Assembly: GCF_001194135.2 (NCBI RefSeq)
Contig: NC_068986.1
Span: 115,925,952-115,989,951 of the forward strand
Direction: 5' to 3'
Length of the DNA stretch: 64,000 nt
DNA from: Octopus bimaculoides
Lineage: Eukaryota
Of this stretch, positions 28,651 to 40,761 are shown piece after piece; the first letter of the stretch is position 1; every line of letters begins with the position of its first letter. Under the pieces are notes generated by a model that made no database searches, was not told where the DNA came from, and saw nothing but the letters and a program-made list of their open reading frames with translations. A program made the translations under genes and the position numbers.

Positions 28651-29707
28651 CTTTTTTCTTTCATATATTTTGGAATTGTTTTGATTTTTGCCTTTTACTC
28701 TTTTAACTTTTTCATTGTTTCCTTCTTATTCAACTCTTTTTCTTCAATGTATTTAAATTCCAGTTTGTATTTTATTGTTTATATATATATAAAATGAAAC
28801 GTTTTATTACATCATCATCATCATCATCATCATCATTTAACATCCGCTTTCCATGCTAGCATGGGTTGGATGATTTGACTGAGGACTGGTGAACCAGATG
28901 GCTGCACCAGGCTCCAATCTGATCTGGCAGAGTTTTCTACAGCTGGATGCTCTTCCTAACGCCAACCACTCCGAGAGTGTAGTGGGTGCTTTTACATGCC
29001 ACCGGCAAAGGCCAGTCAGGCGGTACTGGCAATGGCCACGCTCAAAATGGTGTATTTTACGTGCCACCTGCACAGGAGCCAGTCCAGCGGCATTTCATTT
29101 ATCCTTATCACACTTTGTTTCAAAATATTTTCCTTGACCCACTATTGTTATTTTGTAATAGTTTTCTATTTCTATCAGATCTCAATCTCCCTTGTGTGTA
29201 TAAAGTAGAGACATTCTCTCTATATCAACTTTGAAATGGTGGCTTTAAAACAGTTATTTTTGTGATTTTTCTGTCAAAACTCTTCAGTTTACTTCCAGGT
29301 TATTTTTTGTTAAATCTAGGTTTTAACATTAACCTGACGTTTACATAATTTTTTTTCTATCATTACTCTGTGTTGTATTTTAACAGTTTCATTTGCTGCT
29401 AAATATTTCTATGGCTGGTTCTGGTCTAATTCTCTGATTACAATATCTGAACCTAATGTCCTCAGATCCAATCAATCTGCCTCTTTTTGTAGCTTTGTCA
29501 CATTTGTTGTCTAGTCCCACATTAATTTTCATTGCTAAATAGTTCACCATTTAGGTGCAAGTATGGGTGTGTAGTTAAGAAACTTGCTTTTCAACCACGT
29601 GGTCTCAGGTTCAGTCCCACTACATAGCACCTTGGGCAAGTGTCTTCTAATATGTATCCAGTCCAACGAAAGCTTTGTGAGTGGATTTGATGGATAGAAA
29701 CTGAGAG

Positions 29708-29738
<31 letters not shown>

Positions 29739-30293
29739 CCCTTGTCTTAACATCATGATGGTTGTAAATAAGCGTCATTGTCAAACAAGCAAGGCTGTTT
29801 GTTTCCAGTCTTCTATGAAAAATATGTCTGGCCCTGGGGAAGTATTACCTTACTTGGAAACAGGTGAGGGTTGGTGACAGGAAAAGCATCTGGCTGTAGA
29901 AACCTTGCCTCAGCAAATTCCACCAGCATGGAAAAATGGATGTTAACTAATTAGAATGTTTCACCTGCAGGGAAGATGTGCAGTGGCTGCAATTGTGTTT
30001 TGTTATTAAGGTGGTAGACAGTAGACTATAAGATGTTGTAATGGTACAATGGTCTGGGTAGATAATTGTGGGGGTGTTTGTGTGATTATGGTGAAAGGAG
30101 GAGGAGGTACATAATCTGAACAGAACGATTGATTAATGAACATTGAACTGATTAATATAATTGAACTCTGGCAAAACAATGGGCTTGTCCTTGCACTGTT
30201 TGCTCCAATAATCTTCTTGTGTCAGTATCAGTTGGATTCCTTCTTTTGTTTTCAACTATCTAATAAAAGCTGTCTCCTCTCTCTCAACACTGG

Positions 30294-30363
<70 letters not shown>

Positions 30364-30894
30364 TTCTGTGTGTTCCTGTATAAAATTCTGAGGCCAATTC
30401 TGATCCAGTAGAACTATAAATCAAGAGCATTCCAACCATGAACATCCATCAGTTTTTGTTTTTGTCAGGCATAGTGTATCTAGGCATACCTTATTTAATG
30501 TGTCCTTCTAGTTTTATAAGTTGGTAGTGTGATCTGGTTGCCACCTCTGACAAGTTGAGACCTCACAGATGATTAAATACTGGGTTTAGATTTGGTGGAA
30601 TGCTTTTAAAGGAATGTTCCACCAATGTTTATAATATATTGAAAGATGTGTGTGTGTATATATATGTGTGTGTACATATATGTGTGTGTATATATATGTG
30701 TGTGTGTGTATATGTATGTGTATGCATACACACACACACTTTTTTCTGTAGAAGAAAAGTGTAGGCACGAAACATGAGAAACGTTTTCCATTTTACCTGA
30801 GTTTCAAACTAATAAGCCTTGTTTGTTGTTCCCTCACCTGTCTCTTTCTTTTGTTTTTTTTTGTTTAATTTTGAACCATATATATATCATGATG

Positions 30895-31611
30895 ATGATC
30901 ATCATCATTTAAATGCTTTTTGTCCATGCTGGCATGGGTTGGATGGTTTGACCAAGGCTGGCAAGCTAAGGGACTCCACCAGACTCCCGTCTAATTTGGC
31001 ATGGTTTCTACAGCTGGATGCCTTTCTTAATGCCAACCACTCTGAGAGTGTAATGGCGTGCCACCAGCATGCCACGACTGCAATTTTGCTTGGCTAGATG
31101 GGTCTTCTTCTCAAGCACAACATGATGCCAAAAGCCTTGGTCATTACCTCTGTGAGGCCCTACACTCAAAAGGAATGCAGCCACTTTGCCTCCATGAGGC
31201 CCAACGCTCAACAGGTGCTTTTTATGTGCCACCAGCATGAGTGCCAGTTGTGGGGCACCAGCATCAACCATGACTACGATTTCACTTGGTTTGGTGGCTC
31301 TTCTCAAGAACAACATATTGCCAAAGGCCTCAGCCACTAGTCATTGTTAGGCCAAAAGTTCAAAGGTCATGCTTCACCACCTCATCCCATGTCTTCCTGG
31401 GTCTACCTCTACCACAGGTTCCTTCTACAGTTAGAGTTCGGCACTTCTTTACACAGCTGTCCTTGTCTGTATGCATCACATGACCATACCAGTGCATTTG
31501 TCTCTCTTGCACACCACATCTGATGCCTCTTATTACCTAACTTTTCTCTCAAAATGCTTACACTCTGTCAAACAGGCACAGTGACACTGCACATCCAGTG
31601 AAGCATACTGG

Positions 31612-31615
<4 letters not shown>
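30895..31615 (-). mobile_element. RTE LINE 3' fragment (ORF2 end + 3'UTR + (GAT)n tail)
   Basis: Minus strand encodes a decayed WYGHV motif and GRGRPRKTWDEVVKHDL, then the 3'UTR and CCATG..CATGG/(ATG)n tail. Confidence 0.8.
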
Positions 31616-31658
<43 letters not shown>

Positions 31659-31659
31659 C

Positions 31660-32350
31660 TACAGGCTTCAACCAACAAGATGAAGTCACGCAATACCAGG
31701 CTGCATGGTACATAAGCAGCAATGAAGTGTTTGGGCGTATTTTTGGTTTTCCAATACATGAAAGGTATCTTGCCATTGTTCAGCTTCCTGTTCATCTGGA
31801 AAACGGCCAAAGTGTGTATTTCAGTTAGGCCACTGCTGCTCAGGTAGCACAGGCTCCATCAGATACTACACTTACTGCGTTATTTTAAACTTTGTCAGGC
31901 TGATCCTTTTACACGGATACTCCTTTGCCCACAAGTTCCATCCTATTACACCTGGAACTACAAGATGTGGAGGAGAAGGAATGCAGGTAAAACTGTTGAA
32001 GGGCACGAAAGCATTAAGTTCGATGATTGCTTTGTGCGCATTTATAAAGTGCCCCCAAATTAGACTGAGTGCTTTCATCTCTGTCTTCTTCTACACAAAG
32101 TAACAGACCCAAGTTGCTATCAGGATTTCAGAACTGTGGATCAAAACGTTTTTGCAACATACAAGGAGGCATGTCAGCAGCACGGTCTTCTCGAAGATGA
32201 CGGGCAGTGGCAAACCTGCTTATCAGAGGCTTGTGTATCCCAATCACCTGGAAGCCTCAGAACACTTTCTGCTGTTACACTGCACAATTGTGCACCCAGC
32301 AGTCTGCATTCTTTGTGGCTTCAATTTAGGAATGACCTGTCCAAGGACAG
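31660..32350 (+). mobile_element. Helitron Rep/Helicase pseudogene fragment
   Basis: DEVTQYQAAWYISSNEVFGRIFGFPIHER..VHLENGQSVYF and FRTVDQNVFATYKEACQQHGLLEDDGQW, with stops and frameshifts. Confidence 0.9.
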
Positions 32351-32419
32351 GTAATTTAATTATTAAAGGTGGCTGATGGTAATTTGATTATTAATGGTGA
32401 CTGTCGGTTGAAAAAAAGT

Positions 32420-32545
32420 AAAAAGTGTCTGGCTGAAGAAAGGTGAAAGGTATCTGATTGAAGAAAGGTGAAAGGTGTCTGGCAAAAGAAAGGTGTCTGA
32501 CTGAAGAAAGGTGTCTGGTTGAAGAAAGATAAAAGGTGTCTGGCC
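32420..32545 (+). repeat. Imperfect minisatellite (AAAGGTGTCTGGCTGAAG / AAAGGTG units) abutting the Helitron fragment
   Basis: About six 18-25-bp units. Confidence 0.75.
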
Positions 32546-33240
32546 AATTTGTAGGAGAAAAGTGTCAGGTTGATGAAACCTATTGTACTCATTGCACTGA
32601 TCCTGGAAGCACAATATTACCTCACCTGAAGTTACTGTGTTAGCCTGGGTGGTGGATTGGTAGCAACTCAGCACACACACTTGATCATAGGCCTGCTCTG
32701 CCAGGCACAGCTTGGGACTAAACAACAGCCTCATGGTGACACATTTCATCAAAGCACTTCAGAGTTAGATACAGCAACCAAATCTTGCTCAGATCACGTC
32801 CTTCTGGTTTTTAAGACACTTTGTATTATGCACTTCTAGTTATACTGTTTATGTTTGAAAAACCAATGGGACAGTCATGGCTGGAATGTTTTTCATTATG
32901 TTTTCTACAGCAGAGTTGACCTAGAATTAAACAACATCTCTTAGAATACTATGGTACCCCAGAACCTAATGGTACCCCAGATAACTATTGTGCCTCACTA
33001 TTCTGTTGCTACTTTGTAGTTTTAGTACCCCTGTTCTACGAGGCACCCCAGAACTCAGTGGGTATCACTAGGTACTTGGGTAGACTGGTTAAAGATCATT
33101 GATAGATATTTTATTAAGTATACCCCCTCCCATACACACACATCTAAGCAGAAACCTCTACCTGTCTTTACTTGCTGTAATCCACAGGTATGTCAGATAT
33201 AAATGATACCCAATACCTTTATTTATATATAGAGAAAGAG

Positions 33241-33277
<37 letters not shown>

Positions 33278-34396
33278 TTCAGATATTTTAAAAAGAACTT
33301 TTTATATATTTAAATGTCTTCAATTCAATGTAACTTTAAATACCTGTGAGTGTGTGTGCATGCGTGCGTGCGTGTACGCATACTGAAATATCTGGTCTAA
33401 CAACAAGCGATTGTGCTGTGAATTAGGGCATAACTATCTAACATATCGCAAATGCTAGGCTCTGTAGTCAAAGGTAAAGAAATATAACTGCTCTTTGATG
33501 TTTTTTTTCTTTTCTTACTCTGAGAGGACATAGGGACGAAAGAAAGGAATTAGGATACACAGAAAAAAAAAAAGAAAATTCATATTTTTTTTTTAATTAA
33601 AGACATTTTTATATATTATTTGTTGATCCTAAATGTGTTTTTTTTCTTTTGCATAATTTTTTTTTATTTTTTAAATATTTTATGCTAATGTTTCTAAACA
33701 TATTAGGGTTGGTTAGTGTCCTAACTTGTGATTGTGTCTTTTCTATAGTGTGTATATATGTGTGCGTGTGTTTGGATGGGATTGGTTGATGTCGTTTCTA
33801 TGTGTATGAATGTTTATTTAAATGTTCAACAAATAATAAATATGTGGGCATTTGTATTGTTTTAAATATGTGTGTGTGTGTGTGTTTGTATGGGTGTGGT
33901 GTAATGTTTTTTGTGGTATGTCATGCATTCATGGGTAATGTTCGAGTGTTCAGGGTAAAGCACGCATTTATATATCTATGCATGCAAATATGATATACAA
34001 ATATCTATATATATACATGTACAAATTCCAGTTGACCCATGCAGGTATGGACAAGCGGATGTTAAATGGTGATACCCACACACACACACACACACACATG
34101 TACTTTATTAATAAAGCTGCAAAGACATCACAAAAACTGTTACTCAGAGTTATATATCATCATCATCATCATCGTTTAACGTCCGCTTTCCATGCTAGCA
34201 TGGGTTGGACGATTTGACTGAGGACTGGTGAAACCGGATGGCAACACCAGGCTCCAGTCTAATTTGGCAGAGTTTCTACAGCTGGATGCCCTTCCTAACG
34301 CCAACCACTCAGAGAGTGTAGTGGGTGCTTTTACGTGTCACCCGCACGAAAACGGCCACGCTCGAAATGGTGTCTTTTATGTGCCACCCGCACAAG

Positions 34397-35264
34397 NNNN
34401 NNNNNNNNNNNNNNNNNNNNNNNNNNNNNNNNNNNNNNNNNNNNNNNNNNNNNNNNNNNNNNNNNNNNNNNNNNNNNNNNNNNNNNNNNNNNNNNNNNNN
34501 NNNNNNNNNNNNNNNNNNNNNNNNNNNNNNNNNNNNNNNNNNNNNNNNNNNNNNNNNNNNNNNNNNNNNNNNNNNNNNNNNNNNNNNNNNNNNNNNNNNN
34601 NNNNNNNNNNNNNNNNNNNNNNNNNNNNNNNNNNNNNNNNNNNNNNNNNNNNNNNNNNNNNNNNNNNNNNNNNNNNNNNNNNNNNNNNNNNNNNNNNNNN
34701 NNNNNNNNNNNNNNNNNNNNNNNNNNNNNNNNNNNNNNNNNNNNNNNNNNNNNNNNNNNNNNNNNNNNNNNNNNNNNNNNNNNNNNNNNNNNNNNNNNNN
34801 NNNNNNNNNNNNNNNNNNNNNNNNNNNNNNNNNNNNNNNNNNNNNNNNNNNNNNNNNNNNNNNNNNNNNNNNNNNNNNNNNNNNNNNNNNNNNNNNNNNN
34901 NNNNNNNNNNNNNNNNNNNNNNNNNNNNNNNNNNNNNNNNNNNNNNNNNNNNNNNNNNNNNNNNNNNNNNNNNNNNNNNNNNNNNNNNNNNNNNNNNNNN
35001 NNNNNNNNNNNNNNNNNNNNNNNNNNNNNNNNNNNNNNNNNNNNNNNNNNNNNNNNNNNNNNNNNNNNNNNNNNNNNNNNNNNNNNNNNNNNNNNNNNNN
35101 NNNNNNNNNNNNNNNNNNNNNNNNNNNNNNNNNNNNNNNNNNNNNNNNNNNNNNNNNNNNNNNNNNNNNNNNNNNNNNNNNNNNNNNNNNNNNNNNNNNN
35201 NNNNNNNNNNNNNNNNNNNNNNNNNNNNNNNNNNNNNNNNNNNNNNNNNNNNNNNNNNNNNNNN
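34397..35264. other. Largest assembly gap (N run); further gaps near 8278, 8918, 10512, 17494, 25647, 45453, 46186, 51575, 52777, 54187, 55526 and 62485
   Basis: N characters, mostly bordered by microsatellites or RTE tail repeats. Confidence 1.
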
Positions 35265-35518
35265 ACCACTGACATAAAAATACTTTACTTGACAAACAGA
35301 TAAAGGCATCTGGGACCAGTAAATTTTGCCTCACCTAGGCTGGCATGGAAGAAAGCAAATGTAAAAACACTGGTGATGATGGTAATGATAGGGTGTATGT
35401 CATCATCATTACTTTTACTACTGCTTGTCCATGCTTTTATAGGTAGGAAGGGACCTTTTGCAGTAGCGTTTCACAGCTGAATGACTTTTCTGATGGTAAC
35501 TCTCTTAGTCACCCCATA

Positions 35519-35570
<52 letters not shown>

Positions 35571-37400
35571 TGATACATTGTATGTATTCTAAATAATGGG
35601 GTAATCATAGTATAAAGTAGAATTTGGTTGGATTTGAACATAGTGTGCAGAAAACTAAGAGGTACTGCAGGATATTCTGACCCTTTAATGACTACCTGTT
35701 TACCTGTAATTGTGTATGCGTACATGTGCATGCATGCACATACACACACACACTCAGTACTGAGTTGGCCACCCTTGGGAGTGTATGGGTTTCATCCCTG
35801 ATCATTCTGAGACAGGGTTACTGAGTGGCCCAAAACCCACCCTCATCTAAAATGTTCTTTTATACCTTTTCACGCAACCAAAGCCCATTCTTTATAATTC
35901 TCCTTCCCCTTCTGGTCTACTCACACCTGTAATGCAACAAACACAGCCTACAACACCTGGGGTTAGTTCCCCATCAGTACTGCTGCCTTAAAAGATGCCC
36001 CCCATCACTAGTTTCTTGTTTTCTCTACTGGACCCCAATCTTTGGGAATACAAAACAGTGTCCCTTCGCACCAAGAGTAACCACTTTGACCTGAAAACCA
36101 TTAATCTTTCTACAAATGCTGGACCTTTCATTCTCTTCTTTCTCATCATGACTCCTTCTCCCACATATATAACATTACTGAAACTACATCACAGAGGTTA
36201 GGGGTCATTCTTTAGAGCCAGGAACCATCCAATCCTTCCTCATCAGAGTACTGTTCACTCACAAGAGACGGTGCTGATGTTATGCATAAACAACTTGCAC
36301 CAACAGCTGTTTCTTCTCTCTGCCTTTTCTATCCTTAGAAAAATATTCCCTGCTTCTTTCAGCTAGAGAGCTGAATACCTTACCTACCTTGGCCTGACAC
36401 AATAAACTTGATGAGAGGAGGAGATGCAGGTGGATAGGGTAAGTCAGGGTAGATAGAGTATCCAGTTTGTTAAATGGGAGAAGCTGGATATATTTTAGTA
36501 GTGGAAAAGAGAAAAAACAACTGTTGGTCCAAAATGTTTGTATGTAACAGCAGTACTGTCCTTCAGATGTGAACAGTACTATAATGTGCTTCTTTCTTTT
36601 ATCATTTAGCCAGCTTAACATGAGTCAGAGGAAACTTGGTGAGGTAGATTTTCTCTAGCCAGGTACCCTTCTTGTTATCAATCCACATGTATACAGAAAT
36701 TTACTCTTTTTTAAACTTTTGTTATCTAAATTTATGCTACTCGTCACTCTGACTATTTCTCTCTGCTCTTTTTGTTTTAATTATGCAAATTATTCTTGGC
36801 TATAAACCTTCTCTACTTTTTCTGGTGTGTGCCTAAGTCTGCTGGTGTCAAGGTTAGGACAGCTGCTGTGCTGATGACATCTATTGAAGTAGAAAGACAT
36901 GTCAACCACTGTCCTTGTTTCCAGACAAAAAAATAAAAGAAGAAGAAAAGCATTATCTTTTCCTTAATGGCTTGTCAGGTCAAGAAAATTCTAGACTTTT
37001 GGAATTTTTTCTCTTTAAAAAAAACAATAATTTTAATGAATCAAGAACGATCTTTTAGCATACTTTTACTTGTCTTTACTGACCAGTTTTATGCCGCTGA
37101 CAACTCTCGCTTAGCTCAGTTTCATTTTACATATATATATAAAATTAAAATGATTTCTGCCTCTAAAAGTGTTATAATTATCAAATGGCAATTAAGCTCA
37201 GCTCCATATGAGAAGGGGAGATAATCTCAAGAATTTCTCTAAAGCTGACATGCCATTAAGCAGGAGACGCTTATTATCTGGAGATAATGGAACCGTCATG
37301 GGTCAATGTTTCTGTCCCAATAGTTGTCATCAGCATAATAATTGTCCCACTTTATCTTCAAGGGACCTACATTTATACAACATGTATAGTATATATGTAA

Positions 37401-37550
37401 GTGGCTGTGTGGTAAATAGCTTGCTTACCAACCACATGCTTCCTGGTTCAGTCCCCACTGCGTGGCACCTTGGCCAAGTGTCTTCTACTATAGCCTCAGG
37501 CTGACCGAAGCCTTGTGAGTGGATTTGGTAGACGGAAACTGAAAGAAGCC

Positions 37551-37622
<72 letters not shown>

Positions 37623-37828
37623 TTGTGTGTCTGTGTTTATCCCCCCATCATTGTTTGACAACGGTGTTGGTGTGTTTATGCCCCCATAACTTAGTGGTTC
37701 AGCAAAAGAGACAGATAGAATAAGTATTAGGCTTACAAAGAATAAGTCCTAGGGGTGATTTGTTTGACTAAAGGTGATGCTCCAGCATGGCTGCAGTCAA
37801 ATGAAACAAGTAAAAGAATAAAAGAATA
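37401..37828 (+). mobile_element. SINE family A copy
   Basis: Same head and tail. Confidence 0.8.
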
Positions 37829-38153
37829 TATATATAAACACAAAGCATGGACAGAAATGGAAAACAGAAAACTGGTCAAAGACAGGAATGGGAAGTGGTG
37901 TTCTCTTGGTGTGCCCCTGTGTGTATAAAGGTGTTATAGTATAGTAATGGTGCTGTGTGGTGGTAGAAGTTCTATGTGGTAGTATGATGGTGTTGTAATG
38001 GTGAATATGATGTGGAGACTAGTTCCTGCTCTGCTGTCAGGTAAGCGTAACTGCTGTTCTTTCAAGAAATGAGGAATTATAAGAAAATCTGTGTATGTGT
38101 CTTGGTTTTGGTGTGCAAGTTTCTAAGTAAAAGTGTTAGCTTGTCTCAGTCTA

Positions 38154-38189
<36 letters not shown>

Positions 38190-39434
38190 TGTTAGTTTGT
38201 TGTTTGTATATATTTGTTTTCGGTCTATATGTCTTCTTATTTTTTTTATGTAAGTCCTTGAGTGAAAGTGTTAGCTTGTGTAAGTGTTTCTGCTTAAATG
38301 TGTGTGTACGTGTGTTACTTTCTTGTCTGGTATAAATGTATGTTTTTTGCGTATACGTTATTGTGTTCTTTTATTGTTTTAACATCTGTGTTTTTTTTGT
38401 TTTCTTGTTAGTTTGCTTGAGTAGCTCTGAAACTCATTGAAAAAAATAAAACAAACACACACACACACATTCGCGTGAATATGCCCGCACCACACATACA
38501 ACTACTATTACTACACATAAACATAAAGGCACTTAACACACAGACATAACAGTACATGCTACAGCCATGGCACTCACACACACACCACTTTTACACACAT
38601 ATAACTCTTACACATAGGACTTGACACACACACACACACACACACACAGGCTATACACAAGGCAGGAATACAGTAGTAGTACACACACACACACACACAC
38701 ACGCTTGCCATACATAACACAGTAACAATATAGAGACACATTTTGAACATTCCATGTAAGCAGGAGACCAGATCTTTCAGGTAGTTTTACTTAAAAGTAC
38801 ATCTAATTGGTTTATATATCTTTGTGTTGGCACCTCTTAATTAGTTTGGCTTTGTAGTCTTTGCCATTAAATTTGATAGACTGGGAACAGCTTGCTTTAG
38901 CAGGGGTACAGGGAAGTAAGGTTTTCTGAGGCAGCATAACCGGTCATAGCATCACCAGCAGGGCTGTGGAGTCAGAATCAAATACGGTCGGTCGTTCAAT
39001 TATTGAAGTTAAGGCCAGAGTTGGTAACAATGGACTTACTCCGACTTAGATTCAGTGTGAATTTTAATGTCATCGTCGTCATCATCATTATCATTGAACA
39101 ATCACTTTTTAATGCTTCCATGTGTCAGGCGGAGTTTGTTAAGGTAGACGCCCCTCCTCTCATCAATCCTCACCTATTTCCAAGTAAGGTATTTCCTATG
39201 ACCACGCATGGTTTCCATGGTTGAATGGAATCGAGCAACATTGCTTATATGACAGGCTCGCTTGCAACCATCACATGATGCCAAAACAAAGGCATACTTA
39301 AACACACACATGCATGCACACACGTGCAAACACATACATGCATATATACCCCCCACACACATACACAATAGGCTTCTTTCATTATTTACAGTATCTACAT
39401 TTAACAGGTATTTGTCCTCATCTTGTTTGTTGTT

Positions 39435-39480
39435 AACACAACGTTTCGGCTGATATACTCTCCAGCCTTCATCAGGTGTC
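39435..39480 (-). ncRNA. Minimal type-I hammerhead ribozyme, core intact
   Basis: Minus strand: GACAC CUGAUGA A GGCUG-GAGAGUAUAU-CAGCC GAAAC GUU GUGUU. 5-bp helix I, 5-6-bp helix II, ACGU palindromic helix III. Confidence 0.85.
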
Positions 39481-39530
39481 TTGGGGAAATTTCGAACCTG
39501 GGTTCTCATTCCGAAGGTATTTTTCGATGT

Positions 39531-39603
39531 GGGCATATTGCATAGTGGTTAAGAGTGCAGGCTACTAACCCCAAGATTCTGAGTTCGATTCCAGGCAGTG
39601 ACC
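39531..39603 (+). other. tRNA-derived SINE head (Pol III A and B boxes); not a functional tRNA
   Basis: A-box-like TTGCATAGTGG, B box GAGTTCGATTCC, anticodon-arm-like GGCTACTAACC. Acceptor stem not well formed. Confidence 0.75.
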
Positions 39604-39693
39604 TGAATAATAATAATAATGATGATGATGATAATAATAATAACATCGAAAAAATACCTTAGGAGTGAAAACCCAGGTTTGAAATTTCCCCAA

Positions 39694-39739
39694 GACACCT
39701 GAGGAAGGCTGGAGGGTATATCAGCCAAAATGTTGTGTT
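39694..39739 (+). ncRNA. Sense-strand copy of the same hammerhead, likely inactivated by CpG decay
   Basis: GACAC CUGAGGA A GGCUG..CAGCC AAAAU GUU GUGUU. G12->A and C15.2->U, both at CpG sites. Confidence 0.7.
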
Positions 39740-40257
39740 AACAACAAACAAGATGAGGACAAATATCCATGAAATGTAAATAATGTACATAATTCCTCAT
39801 CTCTTAAATGCAGAACTGTAGGCTTTTTTCAGTTTCCATTTGCCAGATCCAATCATAAGGCTTTGGCCAACCCGAAGCGATAGTAGAAGACACTTTCCCA
39901 AGGTGTTGTCCATTAGCATTGAACCTCAGACCTCATGATTGGGAAGCAAGTTTCTCAGCCATGCCTGTACCTTCAATAATATAATGTGTTAAAATTTCCA
40001 GTTTCACTTCCAATTCCATTGATACAATGTTCCTTTAATAACTCCTGTAAATATAAACTTTTCAGTCTTTTCATAATGGAGTTTTTATTTCATTTAATAT
40101 AATTTTCTCATTTATTCAATCACAAAATGAAGAGTTATGTATCCAACTGAGTTGGCCATGTGTGTAATATTAGATGAATCTGATTACAAATAATGTGGTT
40201 TGAGCTGTAATTGGTGATACCATAGACTGGAGTAGAAGTCATGTTGTTCATTTAGAT

Positions 40258-40761
40258 GAGGGGGTCGGCAAACTTTTTCTACCATCGACCTCCTTTAGCC
40301 ACCTCTCCTTTCGCATCGACCACCTTCCCATTTAAAATATCTTAATACCCTACCCTGCCGTACCATATCTTAAATGTGTACCGAGTACTGAATGTTGGCA
40401 ATTAAAATGTTAGCTAAAACCTACATGTACGACAAATTAAGAAATTCTATTGAAGATGGCACACTTTTTACATTTAAAACTACGTGTACGAGTCTACAGT
40501 ATTAAACTTGAAATTTTTATGAAATTGTTTACATGGTTAGAAACTGTGAAAAACACATCAAATTGTTGGAATAACTTTTATTGAAATTGACAACATTAAT
40601 GTGAGGGATGGGCATGGCGCTGACTAAGTATTTCTAGCAGTTCATCTGGGTGAGCTGGTCTTTCGCACACCAACCCCCTTCGACACCTTGGCTATCATCG
40701 ACTCCTTTTAATTCCTTGCCGGCCCCTAGGGTGTCCCTCGGACCCTCTTTGGCGACCCCTG
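40258..40761. mobile_element. hAT (Charlie-like) non-autonomous element, 504 bp
   Basis: Termini (G)AGGGGGTCGGCAAA / TTTGGCGACCCCTG. Perfect 8-bp TSD ATTTAGAT (40250-40257, 40762-40769). Confidence 0.85.

Larger units (their letters stand above)
39380..39819 (+). mobile_element. Composite non-autonomous retroelement: inverted pLTR arm + tRNA-like head + (AAT/GAT)n + hammerhead-bearing pLTR + tail, with 13-bp TSD
   Basis: Arms 39380-39530 and 39643-39785 are reverse complements. Head at 39531-39603. TSD TAGGCTTCTTTCA (39369-39381) / TAGGCTTTTTTCA (39819-39831). Interrupts a minus-strand SINE. Confidence 0.85.

Noticed and set aside
32580-32760. Inverted Helitron helicase C-terminal fragment (PKLC...GEV)
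   Set aside because: Similarity too short and needs several frameshifts; would need a profile search to support.
34220-34245. CTGAGGA-CTGGT-GAAAC in RTE tails as a hammerhead
   Set aside because: No room for helix II and no helix I/III pairing; lies antisense in the RTE 3'UTR.
34228-35334. Long ORFs in the supplied track (also 51408-52095, 52625-53290, 54023-54700, 62071-62984)
   Set aside because: Composed almost entirely of N gaps and microsatellites.
39531-39603. Functional tRNA gene
   Set aside because: Acceptor stem and arms are imperfect, the ACT anticodon is atypical, and it is embedded in a TSD-flanked element.
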